The notes under the pieces: model-generated
What the model saw: only the letters and a program-made list of their open reading frames with translations
Databases searched by the model: none
What the model was told of the DNA's origin: nothing
Position numbers and translations under genes: made by a program
From: Kiritimatiellia bacterium
GTDB lineage: Bacteria; Verrucomicrobiota; Kiritimatiellia; RFP12; UBA1067
DNA: 64,000 nt
NCBI GenBank assembly: GCA_017447805.1
Contig: JAFSMR010000006.1
Span: 50,314-114,313, forward strand
Direction of reading: 5' to 3'
Shown here: piece by piece, positions 31,917-41,625 of the stretch
Layout: each line of letters opens with the position of its first letter
Position numbering within the stretch: the first letter of the stretch is position 1

Positions 31917-33233
31917 ATGATTATCAAAGAAGTAATAGATAAGAAGCGCGAAGGGCATAGCTTGGATAGCGCGGAAATACGCGATTTTATTAAAGGTTTC
32001 ACCAAAGGCGAGATTCTCGATGCGCAAATGAGCGCGCTAGCGATGGCGATTTGTTGCAAGGGCATGAGCACTCGCGAGACGGCAGATTTGACTGATTCGA
32101 TGATGAGATCTGGCGTAATGCTGGATTGGGGCGAAGGGTTGCCAACGGCAGATAAACATTCGACTGGCGGTATTGGCGATAAGCTTTCGCTGATTATTCA
32201 GCCACTCGCGGCGAGCTGTGGATTGCGCGTTCCTTCGCTTACCGGCAGAGGGCTTGGCATTACGGGAGGTACGGCAGATAAACTTGAAACCATTCCTGGC
32301 TACAACGCTTCGCTTAACTTAGAGGAGATGAAGGCAGTCGTAGAAAAGACGAGCCTCGCGATGACAGTTCAGACCGCCGAAATCTGCCCCGCCGACAAAA
32401 AGCTATATGCCTTAAGAGATGTAACAGGAACGGTTGCATCGGTCCCGCTTATTACCGCTTCGATTCTTTCGAAGAAATTCGCCGAAGGAGCAGAAACTTT
32501 GGTATTCGATGTCAAGTGTGGCAAAGGGGCTTTTATGAAAACTCGCGAAGAGGCGCGCGAGCTCGCGAGGTCTCTAGTGGATTCTTCCAAAGCATCTAAG
32601 CGTAAATCGGTCGCCCTAATTACCGATATGGATAATCCCTTAGGACTAAAGGTCGGCAATGCGAATGAAGTCGAAGAAGCGTTGGAGATGCTAGATCCCA
32701 ATTGCCGCGAAAAGCAACTTCGCCTGAAAGAAGAAATCGATTTATCTGTCGAACTCGCTTCACGCATGGTCGCGCTCGCAAAAGGTCTCAGCTTGGAAGC
32801 AGCGCGCGAGCTCGCGCGCACGAAACTCGCCGAAGGTGCGGCGCTAGAAAAATTCACTCAGATGGTCGCCGCGCAAGGCGGGGATCTCGAGGCGTTCAAG
32901 ACGATGAGAGAAAAAGCGAAAGTAAGACGCTTTAGGATTTCTGCGATGCGTTCCGGGTTCGTAGAAGCGATAGATTCTGCGCGCGTCGGGTTGGTCTCGC
33001 TGGGCTTAGGCGCCGGAAGAGAAAAATCGGGCGATGTAATAGATATTCATGCCGGAATCGACTTTGAAGTAAAGGTAGGTGATAGAGTAAGCGTAGGCGC
33101 GCCTCTCGCTACTCTTGTAACTTCAACTCGTCCTGAAGCGCTGGAAGCGAATGCCGCGATGCTGCTGAAATCAATCGCGATTGGGCATAACCGAAAGGAA
33201 AGCACAAGTCTGATACTGGAAACTATCGAATAA
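31917..33233 (+). CDS. thymidine/pyrimidine-nucleoside phosphorylase
   Basis: 438 aa from the internal ATG. Motifs DKHSTGGIGDK and SGRGLG.TGGT.DKLE (here TGRGLGITGGTADKLE). Confidence 0.9.
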   Translation: MIIKEVIDKKREGHSLDSAEIRDFIKGFTKGEILDAQMSALAMAICCKGMSTRETADLTDSMMRSGVMLDWGEGLPTADKHSTGGIGDKLSLIIQPLAASCGLRVPSLTGRGLGITGGTADKLETIPGYNASLNLEEMKAVVEKTSLAMTVQTAEICPADKKLYALRDVTGTVASVPLITASILSKKFAEGAETLVFDVKCGKGAFMKTREEARELARSLVDSSKASKRKSVALITDMDNPLGLKVGNANEVEEALEMLDPNCREKQLRLKEEIDLSVELASRMVALAKGLSLEAARELARTKLAEGAALEKFTQMVAAQGGDLEAFKTMREKAKVRRFRISAMRSGFVEAIDSARVGLVSLGLGAGREKSGDVIDIHAGIDFEVKVGDRVSVGAPLATLVTSTRPEALEANAAMLLKSIAIGHNRKESTSLILETIE

Positions 33234-33255
33234 AAAGAGAAGGGAATCTGGAATA

Positions 33256-34617
33256 ATGGTAGACTTCAATGAAATGCGCAAGAAATTCCCGCCGAAAGAC
33301 CCCGGGAAGAAAAAGCGCAACGCGGCGATAAAGCGAATAGCGCAAGAATACGAGATGAAAAAAGCAGAGCTAGGCGGGATTAAGGCGCCGGCGCTGAAAA
33401 AAGGTATCGTATTTTACATAGTCGTAATCATGGGTATGCTAATGGTCGCTTCGCTGATACTTTCGGTAGCGGGCAAAGGGGGCAAGCGATTCGCATCCAA
33501 GCAAGAACAGGATGTGCAAAAATCGCTCTCGAATCTTGCTATTGCCTTAGGACGCTTTAGATACCATACTGGAGATTGGCCGACAGATGAAGAAGGCCTA
33601 GATATTCTCGCTTCCGATAAAGTGATAAAGCGAGGGTGGAATGGGCCATATATCAGGAAAGTCGTGAAAGACCCATGGGGCAATCCTTACATCTATATGC
33701 GTGGCAGAGAAGAAGATTTGCCGACGCTGTTTTCTGCCGGACCCGATGGCAAAATCGGCACGCCCGACGATCGCATGGCAGACAGGAAACTTTATGACGA
33801 ACCTTTTAAAGATATTTCGTGGACTAAAGACTGGATGCCTCGAGGGTTGCGAGGATATGTCCTAGCGCAAGGCAACCATGAAGTAAGCGATCAAGAAATG
33901 AAAAGGCGCCTTGAAAAGGAAATCGCCGATATAAAGGCGCGCAACAGAAAGACGATTGCCGAAGCCGAGGAGCGTCATAATGTTTTTATGACAAGCTCAG
34001 TAAGCGAAGAAGAATTGAAAAAAAATATCCTCGCCATGTACTCTGCTCCGATAGGAAAGAAGAAGGTTGCAATATTGACCAGTTGGAGCTTCGAAGATAA
34101 AGAAGGTGAAGCGGTCGATGTAATCGCTCGCACAGAAGGCGATGGGGCGGAACTTTTCGTGAACAATGAATCTGCCGGGACGAAGGGCATTAGTCCTGAA
34201 GGGCTAATCGATTGGTCTGTTCCGTATCAGGCTGGAGAAATAAAGGTAATCGGCTATAAAGACGCTCATCCAATTGCCGAAGATACAGTAAGAAGTGCGT
34301 TTCGTGCGAGTTCCGTAAAGCTCGAGGCGACTAAGAAGCGACTTGGAGATGATGAATTCGCGTTTGCTCTTGCGACAATCTGCGATGAAGATGGCGTCGC
34401 CGTTCCAGGCGCGCAAATCGCAGATGTGGAATTTTCGATAGAAGGTCCAGGCGAGCTCGTAAGCACGATAAGTTTTATCGAAGAATATAGCGGGTTAAGA
34501 TTATACGGCGGCGCGTTTAGAAGAACAGGCGCAAGCGGTGAAGCTATTATCTTAAACGCGAAAGCGCCAAATCTTCGTCCGGCGCGTCAAATAATAGATT
34601 GGCAGATTTCCGACTAG
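33256..34617 (+). CDS. membrane-anchored protein with a type II secretion GspG-like pseudopilin domain and a C-terminal Ig-like/beta-sandwich domain
   Basis: 453 aa. Basic N-terminal tail, one TM helix, then the GspG-type core (WPTDEEGLDIL...WNGPYI...DPWGNPYIY...SAGPDGKIGTPDD). The C-terminal roughly 200 aa resembles glycosidase accessory Ig-like domains. No prepilin G/FTLxE cleavage motif. Confidence 0.6.
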   Translation: MVDFNEMRKKFPPKDPGKKKRNAAIKRIAQEYEMKKAELGGIKAPALKKGIVFYIVVIMGMLMVASLILSVAGKGGKRFASKQEQDVQKSLSNLAIALGRFRYHTGDWPTDEEGLDILASDKVIKRGWNGPYIRKVVKDPWGNPYIYMRGREEDLPTLFSAGPDGKIGTPDDRMADRKLYDEPFKDISWTKDWMPRGLRGYVLAQGNHEVSDQEMKRRLEKEIADIKARNRKTIAEAEERHNVFMTSSVSEEELKKNILAMYSAPIGKKKVAILTSWSFEDKEGEAVDVIARTEGDGAELFVNNESAGTKGISPEGLIDWSVPYQAGEIKVIGYKDAHPIAEDTVRSAFRASSVKLEATKKRLGDDEFAFALATICDEDGVAVPGAQIADVEFSIEGPGELVSTISFIEEYSGLRLYGGAFRRTGASGEAIILNAKAPNLRPARQIIDWQISD

Positions 34618-35356
34618 CGGCAAGTTTTGCCGCTAAGCTGCGCTGGACATCCGGAACAGCTTCCAGCAGTTTCTTCGTGTAAGGATGGCGAGGATACTCG
34701 AATACTTCGCTCGCGCTACCTTCTTCCACAAAGAGACCTTTCTCCATAATCGCAACTCTATCGCAGACATTTTTAACGACTGCCAAATCGTGGGCTATCA
34801 AGATTATCGTAATACCTGCTTCTTTGCGAAGGTCGCGAAGAAGATTCAAAACCCTGGCCTGGACCGAAACATCGAGCGCGCTTACAGGTTCATCGGCGAT
34901 TAAAACTTCACCACCGGCCGCAAGCGCGCGGGCAATGGAAATTCGCTGGCACTGACCACCTGACATTTCTCGCGGATATTGCTCCAGCACGGCTTCGCTC
35001 AAGCCTACTCTCGCGAGCAGCGCGGCCAAATCTGGCGGCGTTTTCCTCGCGAGGCGCCGAGCGGTTTTCGAGTATTTATATGCTTCAAGGAGTGTTGCCT
35101 TGACTTTCATGCGAGGATTAAGCGAGCCAACGGCATCTTGGAAAATCATTTGCATCGCCAAGGGGCCGCGATTGATTTTTCCGCTGCTCGCTTTTTCTAG
35201 CCCCATTATCGTTTTTGCAATTGTAGATTTGCCGGAGCCAGATTCGCCGACTATACCAAAGATTTCGCATTTTGCAACTGAAAACGAAACACCTTTAACT
35301 GCTTCAAACGAGCCGTATTTTACATGGAGATTTTCTACTTCAAGTATATTCGTCAT
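34547..35356 (-). CDS. ABC transporter ATP-binding protein, OppF/DppF type
   Basis: 269 aa. GESGSGKST, MSGGQCQRISIARAL, ADEPVSALD. Its last 71 nt overlap the convergent gene 33256-34617. Confidence 0.85.
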   Translation of the reverse strand: MTNILEVENLHVKYGSFEAVKGVSFSVAKCEIFGIVGESGSGKSTIAKTIMGLEKASSGKINRGPLAMQMIFQDAVGSLNPRMKVKATLLEAYKYSKTARRLARKTPPDLAALLARVGLSEAVLEQYPREMSGGQCQRISIARALAAGGEVLIADEPVSALDVSVQARVLNLLRDLRKEAGITIILIAHDLAVVKNVCDRVAIMEKGLFVEEGSASEVFEYPRHPYTKKLLEAVPDVQRSLAAKLAASRKSANLLFDAPDEDLALSRLR

Positions 35357-36708
35357 TTTAGTAGAGCTTCTTTTGCCTTGAGAAGAGCTTCTAGGCGAGC
35401 TTTGATTTTTTCTAGCGCTGCATTTGCGCGTTCGCGATAAACTTCCTGATTTATTCCGCCGGTTGTGCCTTCGTGAGTTTTTGCGGCTACGGCCGAATCG
35501 GGGTTTTCATCGCGAAGCTGTTCGAGATTATCGCGCACATCATGATAAGCATCGCGCCACGGCGTGCCTTCGGCGACTTTTCTCAAGGCGACATCGGTCG
35601 CGAAAACTCCAGGCGTGAATGCTTCGCGACAACGCGAAGAATCGAAAGTCAATCCCTCGACTACTTTTGCAAGAATGCGAAGAGTCGTGCGCGTTATATC
35701 AAGGCCTTTCATGTAAAGAAGCTTGCAATCTTGCAGATCGCGGTTGTAACCGCCTGGCATCGCGTGCAAAAGCGAAAGCGCGGCAGTTTGAAGCCCTAGA
35801 ACTTGCGCGGCTTTGGAACGAACGAGTTCGAGCACGTCAGGGTTGAATTTCTGCGGCATTATCGAGGAACCCGTGCAATATTCGCGCGGCAATTTGAAAT
35901 AAGCGAATTCCGGCATCGAGAAAATAATCAGGTCTTCTGCGAGGCGCGATAGCACGGCCATCAATTGCGCAAGCGCCGAAAGTAGCGCAGCTTCGCATTC
36001 ACCGCGCGCCATAGAAGCGCCGAAGCAATTGTGAATCGTGCGCGAAAAGCCAAGAAGGGCGGTCGTGCGTTCGCGATCGAGCGGCAATGGCACTCCATAG
36101 CCCGCCGCGCTGCCGAGAGGATTCAGGTCTGCGAGGCGATAGGCCGCTTCGAGATTTTCGAGCTGGTCTAAAATCATTTCGGCGTGCCCGGTCGACCACA
36201 TCTCGATTGATGAGGGCATCGCGGGCTGGAGGTGCGTTCTGCCGACGAGAGGAATATTGCCGGCTTTTTGCCCGAAAGAGCTAAGCGCGCTTGCGAGCGT
36301 TACGGTCTCTGCGGCGGTCCTGAGAATCGCCTCCTTCATGTGCAAGCGGACATCTACCGCCACCTGGTCGTTGCGAGAGCGGCCGGTATGGATTTTTTTG
36401 CCTAGATCCCCGAGCTTTTCCGTTAGCATCCGTTCGACTGCCATGTGGACATCCTGGTCGTCTTCGCGAATTGTAAATTCACCTTGCTCCGCGCATCTTG
36501 CGATTTTGCCGAGTTCCGTTTTTACCTTTTCGGCTTCTTCTTTCGTTACGATCGGGGGCGAAATTTTCATTTCGCTTAGCATTGTCACATGAGCTGCCGT
36601 GCCCATGCAGTCCCAAACCGCAAGAGCGAGATCGAGAATCGGGTCGTCGCCTACGGTATAGCTTAAGATATCTTTGTCGACTTGATTATCTGTTATCGTC
36701 TTTTCCAT
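35353..36708 (-). CDS. argH: argininosuccinate lyase
   Basis: 451 aa. TGRSRNDQ and the fumarate-lyase signature GSSIMPQKFNPD. Confidence 0.93.
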   Translation of the reverse strand: MEKTITDNQVDKDILSYTVGDDPILDLALAVWDCMGTAAHVTMLSEMKISPPIVTKEEAEKVKTELGKIARCAEQGEFTIREDDQDVHMAVERMLTEKLGDLGKKIHTGRSRNDQVAVDVRLHMKEAILRTAAETVTLASALSSFGQKAGNIPLVGRTHLQPAMPSSIEMWSTGHAEMILDQLENLEAAYRLADLNPLGSAAGYGVPLPLDRERTTALLGFSRTIHNCFGASMARGECEAALLSALAQLMAVLSRLAEDLIIFSMPEFAYFKLPREYCTGSSIMPQKFNPDVLELVRSKAAQVLGLQTAALSLLHAMPGGYNRDLQDCKLLYMKGLDITRTTLRILAKVVEGLTFDSSRCREAFTPGVFATDVALRKVAEGTPWRDAYHDVRDNLEQLRDENPDSAVAAKTHEGTTGGINQEVYRERANAALEKIKARLEALLKAKEALLK

Positions 36709-36709
36709 T

Positions 36710-37651
36710 TTAAAGAGTCCTTTCTTCGCATTTGCGCGCTTCTTCTAGCGCTATTTCAAGTTTTGCTTCTGCGTTTTCCAATAAAATTCTCAAATCGTCC
36801 TTTGGCTTTTTGAATCTCGCAAGTTCCAATAAAAATTCACTGTAGGCTTTTGATGCCGCTGCGAGTTCTTCGCTGCGTCCTCCACCGTATGCAATAATTT
36901 GAGAAGCTTTTGAATATGCCGCGAGGCGAATTCGCGGGTCTTGGTCTGCGAGGTCGATTGCCTCTGCAAATGTGCAAGAGCGATATTTTTGCGCAAAAGG
37001 CGCATCGAAGGCCGAAGGATAAAGATGCAGGCGACTTGCGAAGCGAAGAACATCGCCCGGGAGCGCTACGCCTGGAACAATTACGGAGCGCGCGAGGCGA
37101 AGATATTCTTCATCATCTTCGATTTGCGCGACCTCTCCCTTTAGCCATTTATCAAGCCGCATATAATCATCTTGCGCTCGTAAATCTGGGTCGGCGGCGA
37201 TCAGCGCTTCTTTTGCCTCTTCATCGGAAAGGTGCTCGTCTTTTGTCGCAAGATAATATGCTTTTACGATTTCCAGACGGAATTTATCGAGGTCGGCGTA
37301 GGCGGGAGAGGTCAGATATATTTTCAGGAAGCTCGTCCCATCATCGTGTTTTCTTTCGAGAACTACGATTTCGCTTATATTTGTTCTGCATTCGCCGATA
37401 TATACTAGCGCGGCAGGTTCTTTGAATCGTCGGGAAGGGTTGCCTCCAGAAAGCCTTTCGTGAAGCTGCAACGACTCGCCTATTTTGCCGGCGAAGGAAG
37501 CGATCGGGCCTTGATATTCGCGCCGCATATCTGCCGGGCAATCTGCAATTACTTGCACAAAACCATTTGCCATTGTGAGAGTCGGCGCTTGAAAGCGCTC
37601 TATTATTTCCGCTCTCGTCAAAGCGAGCATTAAGATAGATGCGCCAATCAT
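36710..37651 (-). CDS. hypothetical protein (313 aa)
   Basis: Long ORF coupled by a 4-nt overlap to the upstream ATPase gene, with a 1-nt gap to argH. Acidic/helical C-terminal half. No family recognised. Confidence 0.55.
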   Translation of the reverse strand: MIGASILMLALTRAEIIERFQAPTLTMANGFVQVIADCPADMRREYQGPIASFAGKIGESLQLHERLSGGNPSRRFKEPAALVYIGECRTNISEIVVLERKHDDGTSFLKIYLTSPAYADLDKFRLEIVKAYYLATKDEHLSDEEAKEALIAADPDLRAQDDYMRLDKWLKGEVAQIEDDEEYLRLARSVIVPGVALPGDVLRFASRLHLYPSAFDAPFAQKYRSCTFAEAIDLADQDPRIRLAAYSKASQIIAYGGGRSEELAAASKAYSEFLLELARFKKPKDDLRILLENAEAKLEIALEEARKCEERTL

Positions 37652-38550
37652 GATTTTTCCTCCGTGGGATGATTTTTGTCTTCAGCGATTTCCGGGCAAA
37701 CAGTAAACGAATCGCTCGAACAATAATCGCGCGCGTATGGGCAGCGAGGATGAAACGCACAGCCTTTTGGCCAGGCGCTAGGTTGCGGGACTACACCCTT
37801 AATGCCGACAAGAGGCGCATCTTTGGGCGCATCGAGAGAAGGGACTGCTGCGAGCAAGCCTTTTGTGTAAGGATGGCGGGGGTGAGAAAGGACGTCTACT
37901 ACTTTGCCCGATTCAACGACTTCACCTGCATACATTACATATACGAAATCGGAATATTGCGCTACGAGCCCGAGGTTATGGGTGATAAAAAGGATGCTAG
38001 TTTTTCTCTCGTCGGCGAGGCGTGCGATAAGTTCTAGGACTTCCTTTTGGGTAGTTACATCAAGCGCAGTAGTCGGCTCGTCTGCAATCAGAAGATCGGG
38101 CTCTTGCGCGAGCGCCATCGCGATCATAACGCGCTGTTGCTGGCCACCCGAAAGTTCGCAGGGATATTTCTTCGCGGCGCTAATATCTAGTCCAACTGCT
38201 TCAAGAAGATGTGCGGTTTTTTCTTTTTCTTCATGCTTCGACCAATTTGTGCCTTCGGCGATTTGAGCGCCGCAGCGGATTGTCGGGTTAAGCGACTGCA
38301 TCGGATTCTGGAAAATATACGCAATGCGCATATCGCCGCGCGAAATGACGCCGGAAATTTCCGCTCTATCTACCAAGCCGCCGATTGCAAGCGCGCTTAG
38401 CGATTTTCCGCAGCCTGATTCACCGACTATCGCTACACGGGAATTTTCTGGTATCTCGAAAGATACATCGCGAACGGGGACTGATGTTTTCGCGTCCTTC
38501 CCTCGAGCGAACCTAAAGGCGATTCTCAGGTGTTCTACTTTGAGGTTCAA
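37648..38550 (-). CDS. ABC transporter ATP-binding protein, OppD/DppD type
   Basis: 300 aa. GESGCGKS, LSGGQQQRVMIAMAL, ADEPTTALD. Opp-type C-terminal extension with Cys residues (CAFHPRCPYARDYC). Confidence 0.85.
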   Translation of the reverse strand: MNLKVEHLRIAFRFARGKDAKTSVPVRDVSFEIPENSRVAIVGESGCGKSLSALAIGGLVDRAEISGVISRGDMRIAYIFQNPMQSLNPTIRCGAQIAEGTNWSKHEEKEKTAHLLEAVGLDISAAKKYPCELSGGQQQRVMIAMALAQEPDLLIADEPTTALDVTTQKEVLELIARLADERKTSILFITHNLGLVAQYSDFVYVMYAGEVVESGKVVDVLSHPRHPYTKGLLAAVPSLDAPKDAPLVGIKGVVPQPSAWPKGCAFHPRCPYARDYCSSDSFTVCPEIAEDKNHPTEEKS

Positions 38551-39215
38551 TTTTTCTCCCTCATCGTAAGACGTGAAATTGCGATATAAAGCGCAACAAT
38601 CGCAACTGCGCAGCCGATTACCAGCGGCAATTTGCTTGCGGCCATGGCTTTGCCTTTGACAACAAGTTCAAGGTAGCTGATGTCGCCCGTTTCGCGCGCG
38701 ATTATCCAACCAACGAGCGCGAGAATAATGCTCCAGATTCCGGCTCCGAGGGCCGTGAAAAACGTAAACGAGCTTAGCTTCATTCGCGAAATGCCGGCGG
38801 GGATTGAAATCAGCTGGCGAATAACAGGAAGAAGTCTGCAGATAAACGTTGTCATCGCGCCGTATTTGTTGAATATTTCGCAAGCTCTATCGAGATGCGC
38901 TTTTTTTACGAAAAACCACTTGCCGTATTTTTCGAGGAAGGGCTTGCCGAGTTTTAACGATAGAAAATAATTCGCGTAAGCTCCGGCGAGCGAACCTAGG
39001 ACTCCGATTAGAATCGCAATCAAGAGTTGTCCGGTTGCGCCGAACGAACCTAGCTCGCCGCGCGCCGCCATGAAGCCAGCCGGAATCATAACTACTTCGC
39101 TCGGGAAAGGAATGAAGCTCGATTCGATCGTCATGAATACAAAAATCGCAATAAAGCCCCAGACTTGAAAGAACGCGATGTGCGCATCGATGAATGTTGC
39201 GATTGTCTCTAGCAT
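38547..39215 (-). CDS. DedA-family membrane protein
   Basis: 222 aa. DedA/SNARE-associated pattern (IPFPSEVVMIPAGF, GK.FLEKYGKWF, RLLPVIRQLISIPAG). Confidence 0.85.
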   Translation of the reverse strand: MLETIATFIDAHIAFFQVWGFIAIFVFMTIESSFIPFPSEVVMIPAGFMAARGELGSFGATGQLLIAILIGVLGSLAGAYANYFLSLKLGKPFLEKYGKWFFVKKAHLDRACEIFNKYGAMTTFICRLLPVIRQLISIPAGISRMKLSSFTFFTALGAGIWSIILALVGWIIARETGDISYLELVVKGKAMAASKLPLVIGCAVAIVALYIAISRLTMREKN

Positions 39216-40177
39216 ATTTGGTAATCCTTGAATTCCGTCCTATCTAAATTGCGTTTGATCGAATATAATTCTTCACCTGCGCGAATGGAGATGTCGCCTT
39301 CGAGGCGGTCGGCCTTGGAATATGCGCCGACGAGGCGAAGGGCGATATTAAAATCTTCCTGCGATTTCAGCTCAGGGATAATCGCCGTAGGGCCTGGGCA
39401 ATTCACTGGCGCGAGTTTTAGTCCGACGGGAAATTCTTTAAGGAGGGCGTTTTCGTTTTTGTCTCTGCCGAGAATTACGCTTGAAAAGCCTGGCAAGCGA
39501 AAGCGCCGCGCTACAGAAAGAATTTCGACGAGTTTTCTTTCGCCTAGACCTTCGTGGTCCTTGAGGTCTTTGAGTTTTCGCGAATAACCTTCTTCCGTCA
39601 ACTTGCAACCGCCGGCGGGCGAAGGGTAATCGATGATGCCGAATTCTTTCGCGAGGGCGATTTGCCGCTCGCGGCAGCGGCCGGAAATATCGAGCAGCTT
39701 TTCTCTATCCAGCTTGCCTTCCGATTCAGGAATGGTAGGCTCCAGCAAGAGAGCGCTAAGAGGGCGAATCAGCCTGCCGACAAGCCCAGAAGATTTTGCG
39801 ACTACGCCAAGAGCTTGCTTGTTCTGGCTCATGGGACGTTGGCCCATTACCTCGCCCGTGGCGACAAAATCGAAACCATCCCTTTGCATCATTTCGCCTG
39901 CGCGCTTTATCATCGTAGCATGGCAATCGATGCAGGGATTCATCGCGCCGCCAAAACCGTGTGGAGGATTTTCGAGTAGTTTTATCTCGTCATCGGTAAA
40001 ATCGATTATGTGCAATTTTACACCAAGAGCCGAGGCGGCTTTTTTTGCGCCATCGGCCGAAAAGAAAGGAGTAGAAAAGCATATCGCTTCTATATAAGCG
40101 CCTGCGCGCTCCAGAACTTTCACGGCGAGTTGGCTATCGAGTCCGCCACTCATCAAACTGAATCCACGGCATTTCAT
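39209..40177 (-). CDS. PP-loop ATP pyrophosphatase, MnmA/ThiI-like (putative tRNA sulfurtransferase family)
   Basis: 322 aa. PP-loop SGGLDS; NPCIDCH motif; GEVMGQRPMSQ. Confidence 0.65.
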   Translation of the reverse strand: MKCRGFSLMSGGLDSQLAVKVLERAGAYIEAICFSTPFFSADGAKKAASALGVKLHIIDFTDDEIKLLENPPHGFGGAMNPCIDCHATMIKRAGEMMQRDGFDFVATGEVMGQRPMSQNKQALGVVAKSSGLVGRLIRPLSALLLEPTIPESEGKLDREKLLDISGRCRERQIALAKEFGIIDYPSPAGGCKLTEEGYSRKLKDLKDHEGLGERKLVEILSVARRFRLPGFSSVILGRDKNENALLKEFPVGLKLAPVNCPGPTAIIPELKSQEDFNIALRLVGAYSKADRLEGDISIRAGEELYSIKRNLDRTEFKDYQIC

Positions 40178-41613
40178 TTGATAAATCCTTCCTCTTTTCT
40201 ATCTCTGACGCGTGCGAGGAATCTTAGGTGCAGAAATACGGGTAGCGTCGTCGCAATCGCGCAAAGTAAATCGGATACAGGCAACGAAAGCCAAATCGCG
40301 AGAGTCTTGTTCGCCATGAAGAAGGGAAGAAATATTATCATGGGCAGCATGATTATACCTTGGCGCATAGTAGAAAGGACAATTGCCGATAACGGGCGTC
40401 CAATAGCCTGAAAATATGTGGTTGCCGCTACATTGATTCCGATCGACCAGATTGTGCAGTTGGCAATCATAAGGTCCTTTGTTGCGAGGTCTAGTAGCGC
40501 GGGGTTATCGGAAGATACGAACATTTTGGATAGCAGGCGCGGGAAGGGCGGGATAACCTGCAATACGAATGCGATAAAGCAAAGGGCACTTGTTACGATT
40601 ATTCCGAGTATAAACGCTTTTCTCACGCGTCTGAAATTCCTCGCGCCCCAATTATAGCCGATTATTGGCTGCACGCCTTGCTGTGCGCCGAGGATAGGCA
40701 GAACGATTAGAATAAGCACGCTTTCGAAAACGCCGAGGCTCGCGAGCTGTTTGGTGGCTTCGGCTTTATCGGTAATCCAGTAAGTAAAGGCTGCCGGGAA
40801 AGCGACATTTATCATCGCGCCGAGAAATTGTTGCAGGAATGGCGCAAAGCCGATTCCGCAGGGTTTTGCGAGGAGCTTCGGATATATTGCGATGCGCTTC
40901 AAATGGAGTTTTACTATGCTCTTTCCGCTTAGATAATAGCGGCTTGCAAAAAGGCAACTTGCGCACATTGCGATATTCGTCGCCCAGGCGGCGCCCGCTA
41001 TGCCCATATTGAAGGTAAAGATGAATATCGGGTCTAGAATCAAATTCGTACCAAAGCCTACTACCATGCAGAGCATTGAAGTCTTTGCGCTGCCTTCCGC
41101 CCTCATCATCGCAGAAAAACCGAATGCCAAATGCGAGAAGATGTGCGAGAAAAGAACGATTTGCAGATATGTTTTGGCGGAATTGAACGCATCATGGCTT
41201 ATTCCTCTGCCGCCGCACCAACCAAGAACCGTATCGATATTGAAAAATATCAGCGGCGTTAGAGTAAGGAAGAATAGTAACTTTATAGCGACCAATTGGC
41301 CGAGCAGTTTTTCGCAGGTCTTCCTATCGCCTTCGCCTAGCTTTATCGAAAGAACAGCCGAATGCCCCGCGCCAACGAAGACGCCAAACGCCCCGAAGAA
41401 AAGCATTATCGGGAATGTAATCGTCATTCCGGCCATCGCCGCTTCTCCACACCCGTGCCCGATATAAAAGCGGTCGACTACGGAATAGAGCGCGTTTAGG
41501 CTCATCGAAATAAGCGCAGGCCACGAATATTTGAAGAGAAGTCTCAAGGGGCTGGCGTTTTCCAGTTCCTCGAGTCTTTTTTCATTCTTCTTCATTCGCG
41601 AAAGATCCGGCAT
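40174..41613 (-). CDS. MATE-family efflux transporter
   Basis: 479 aa with about 12 TM segments. MATE N-terminal pattern (PALISMSLNALYSVVDRFYIG). Confidence 0.88.
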   Translation of the reverse strand: MPDLSRMKKNEKRLEELENASPLRLLFKYSWPALISMSLNALYSVVDRFYIGHGCGEAAMAGMTITFPIMLFFGAFGVFVGAGHSAVLSIKLGEGDRKTCEKLLGQLVAIKLLFFLTLTPLIFFNIDTVLGWCGGRGISHDAFNSAKTYLQIVLFSHIFSHLAFGFSAMMRAEGSAKTSMLCMVVGFGTNLILDPIFIFTFNMGIAGAAWATNIAMCASCLFASRYYLSGKSIVKLHLKRIAIYPKLLAKPCGIGFAPFLQQFLGAMINVAFPAAFTYWITDKAEATKQLASLGVFESVLILIVLPILGAQQGVQPIIGYNWGARNFRRVRKAFILGIIVTSALCFIAFVLQVIPPFPRLLSKMFVSSDNPALLDLATKDLMIANCTIWSIGINVAATTYFQAIGRPLSAIVLSTMRQGIIMLPMIIFLPFFMANKTLAIWLSLPVSDLLCAIATTLPVFLHLRFLARVRDRKEEGFIK

Positions 41614-41625
41614 TTGGCCAATTGT

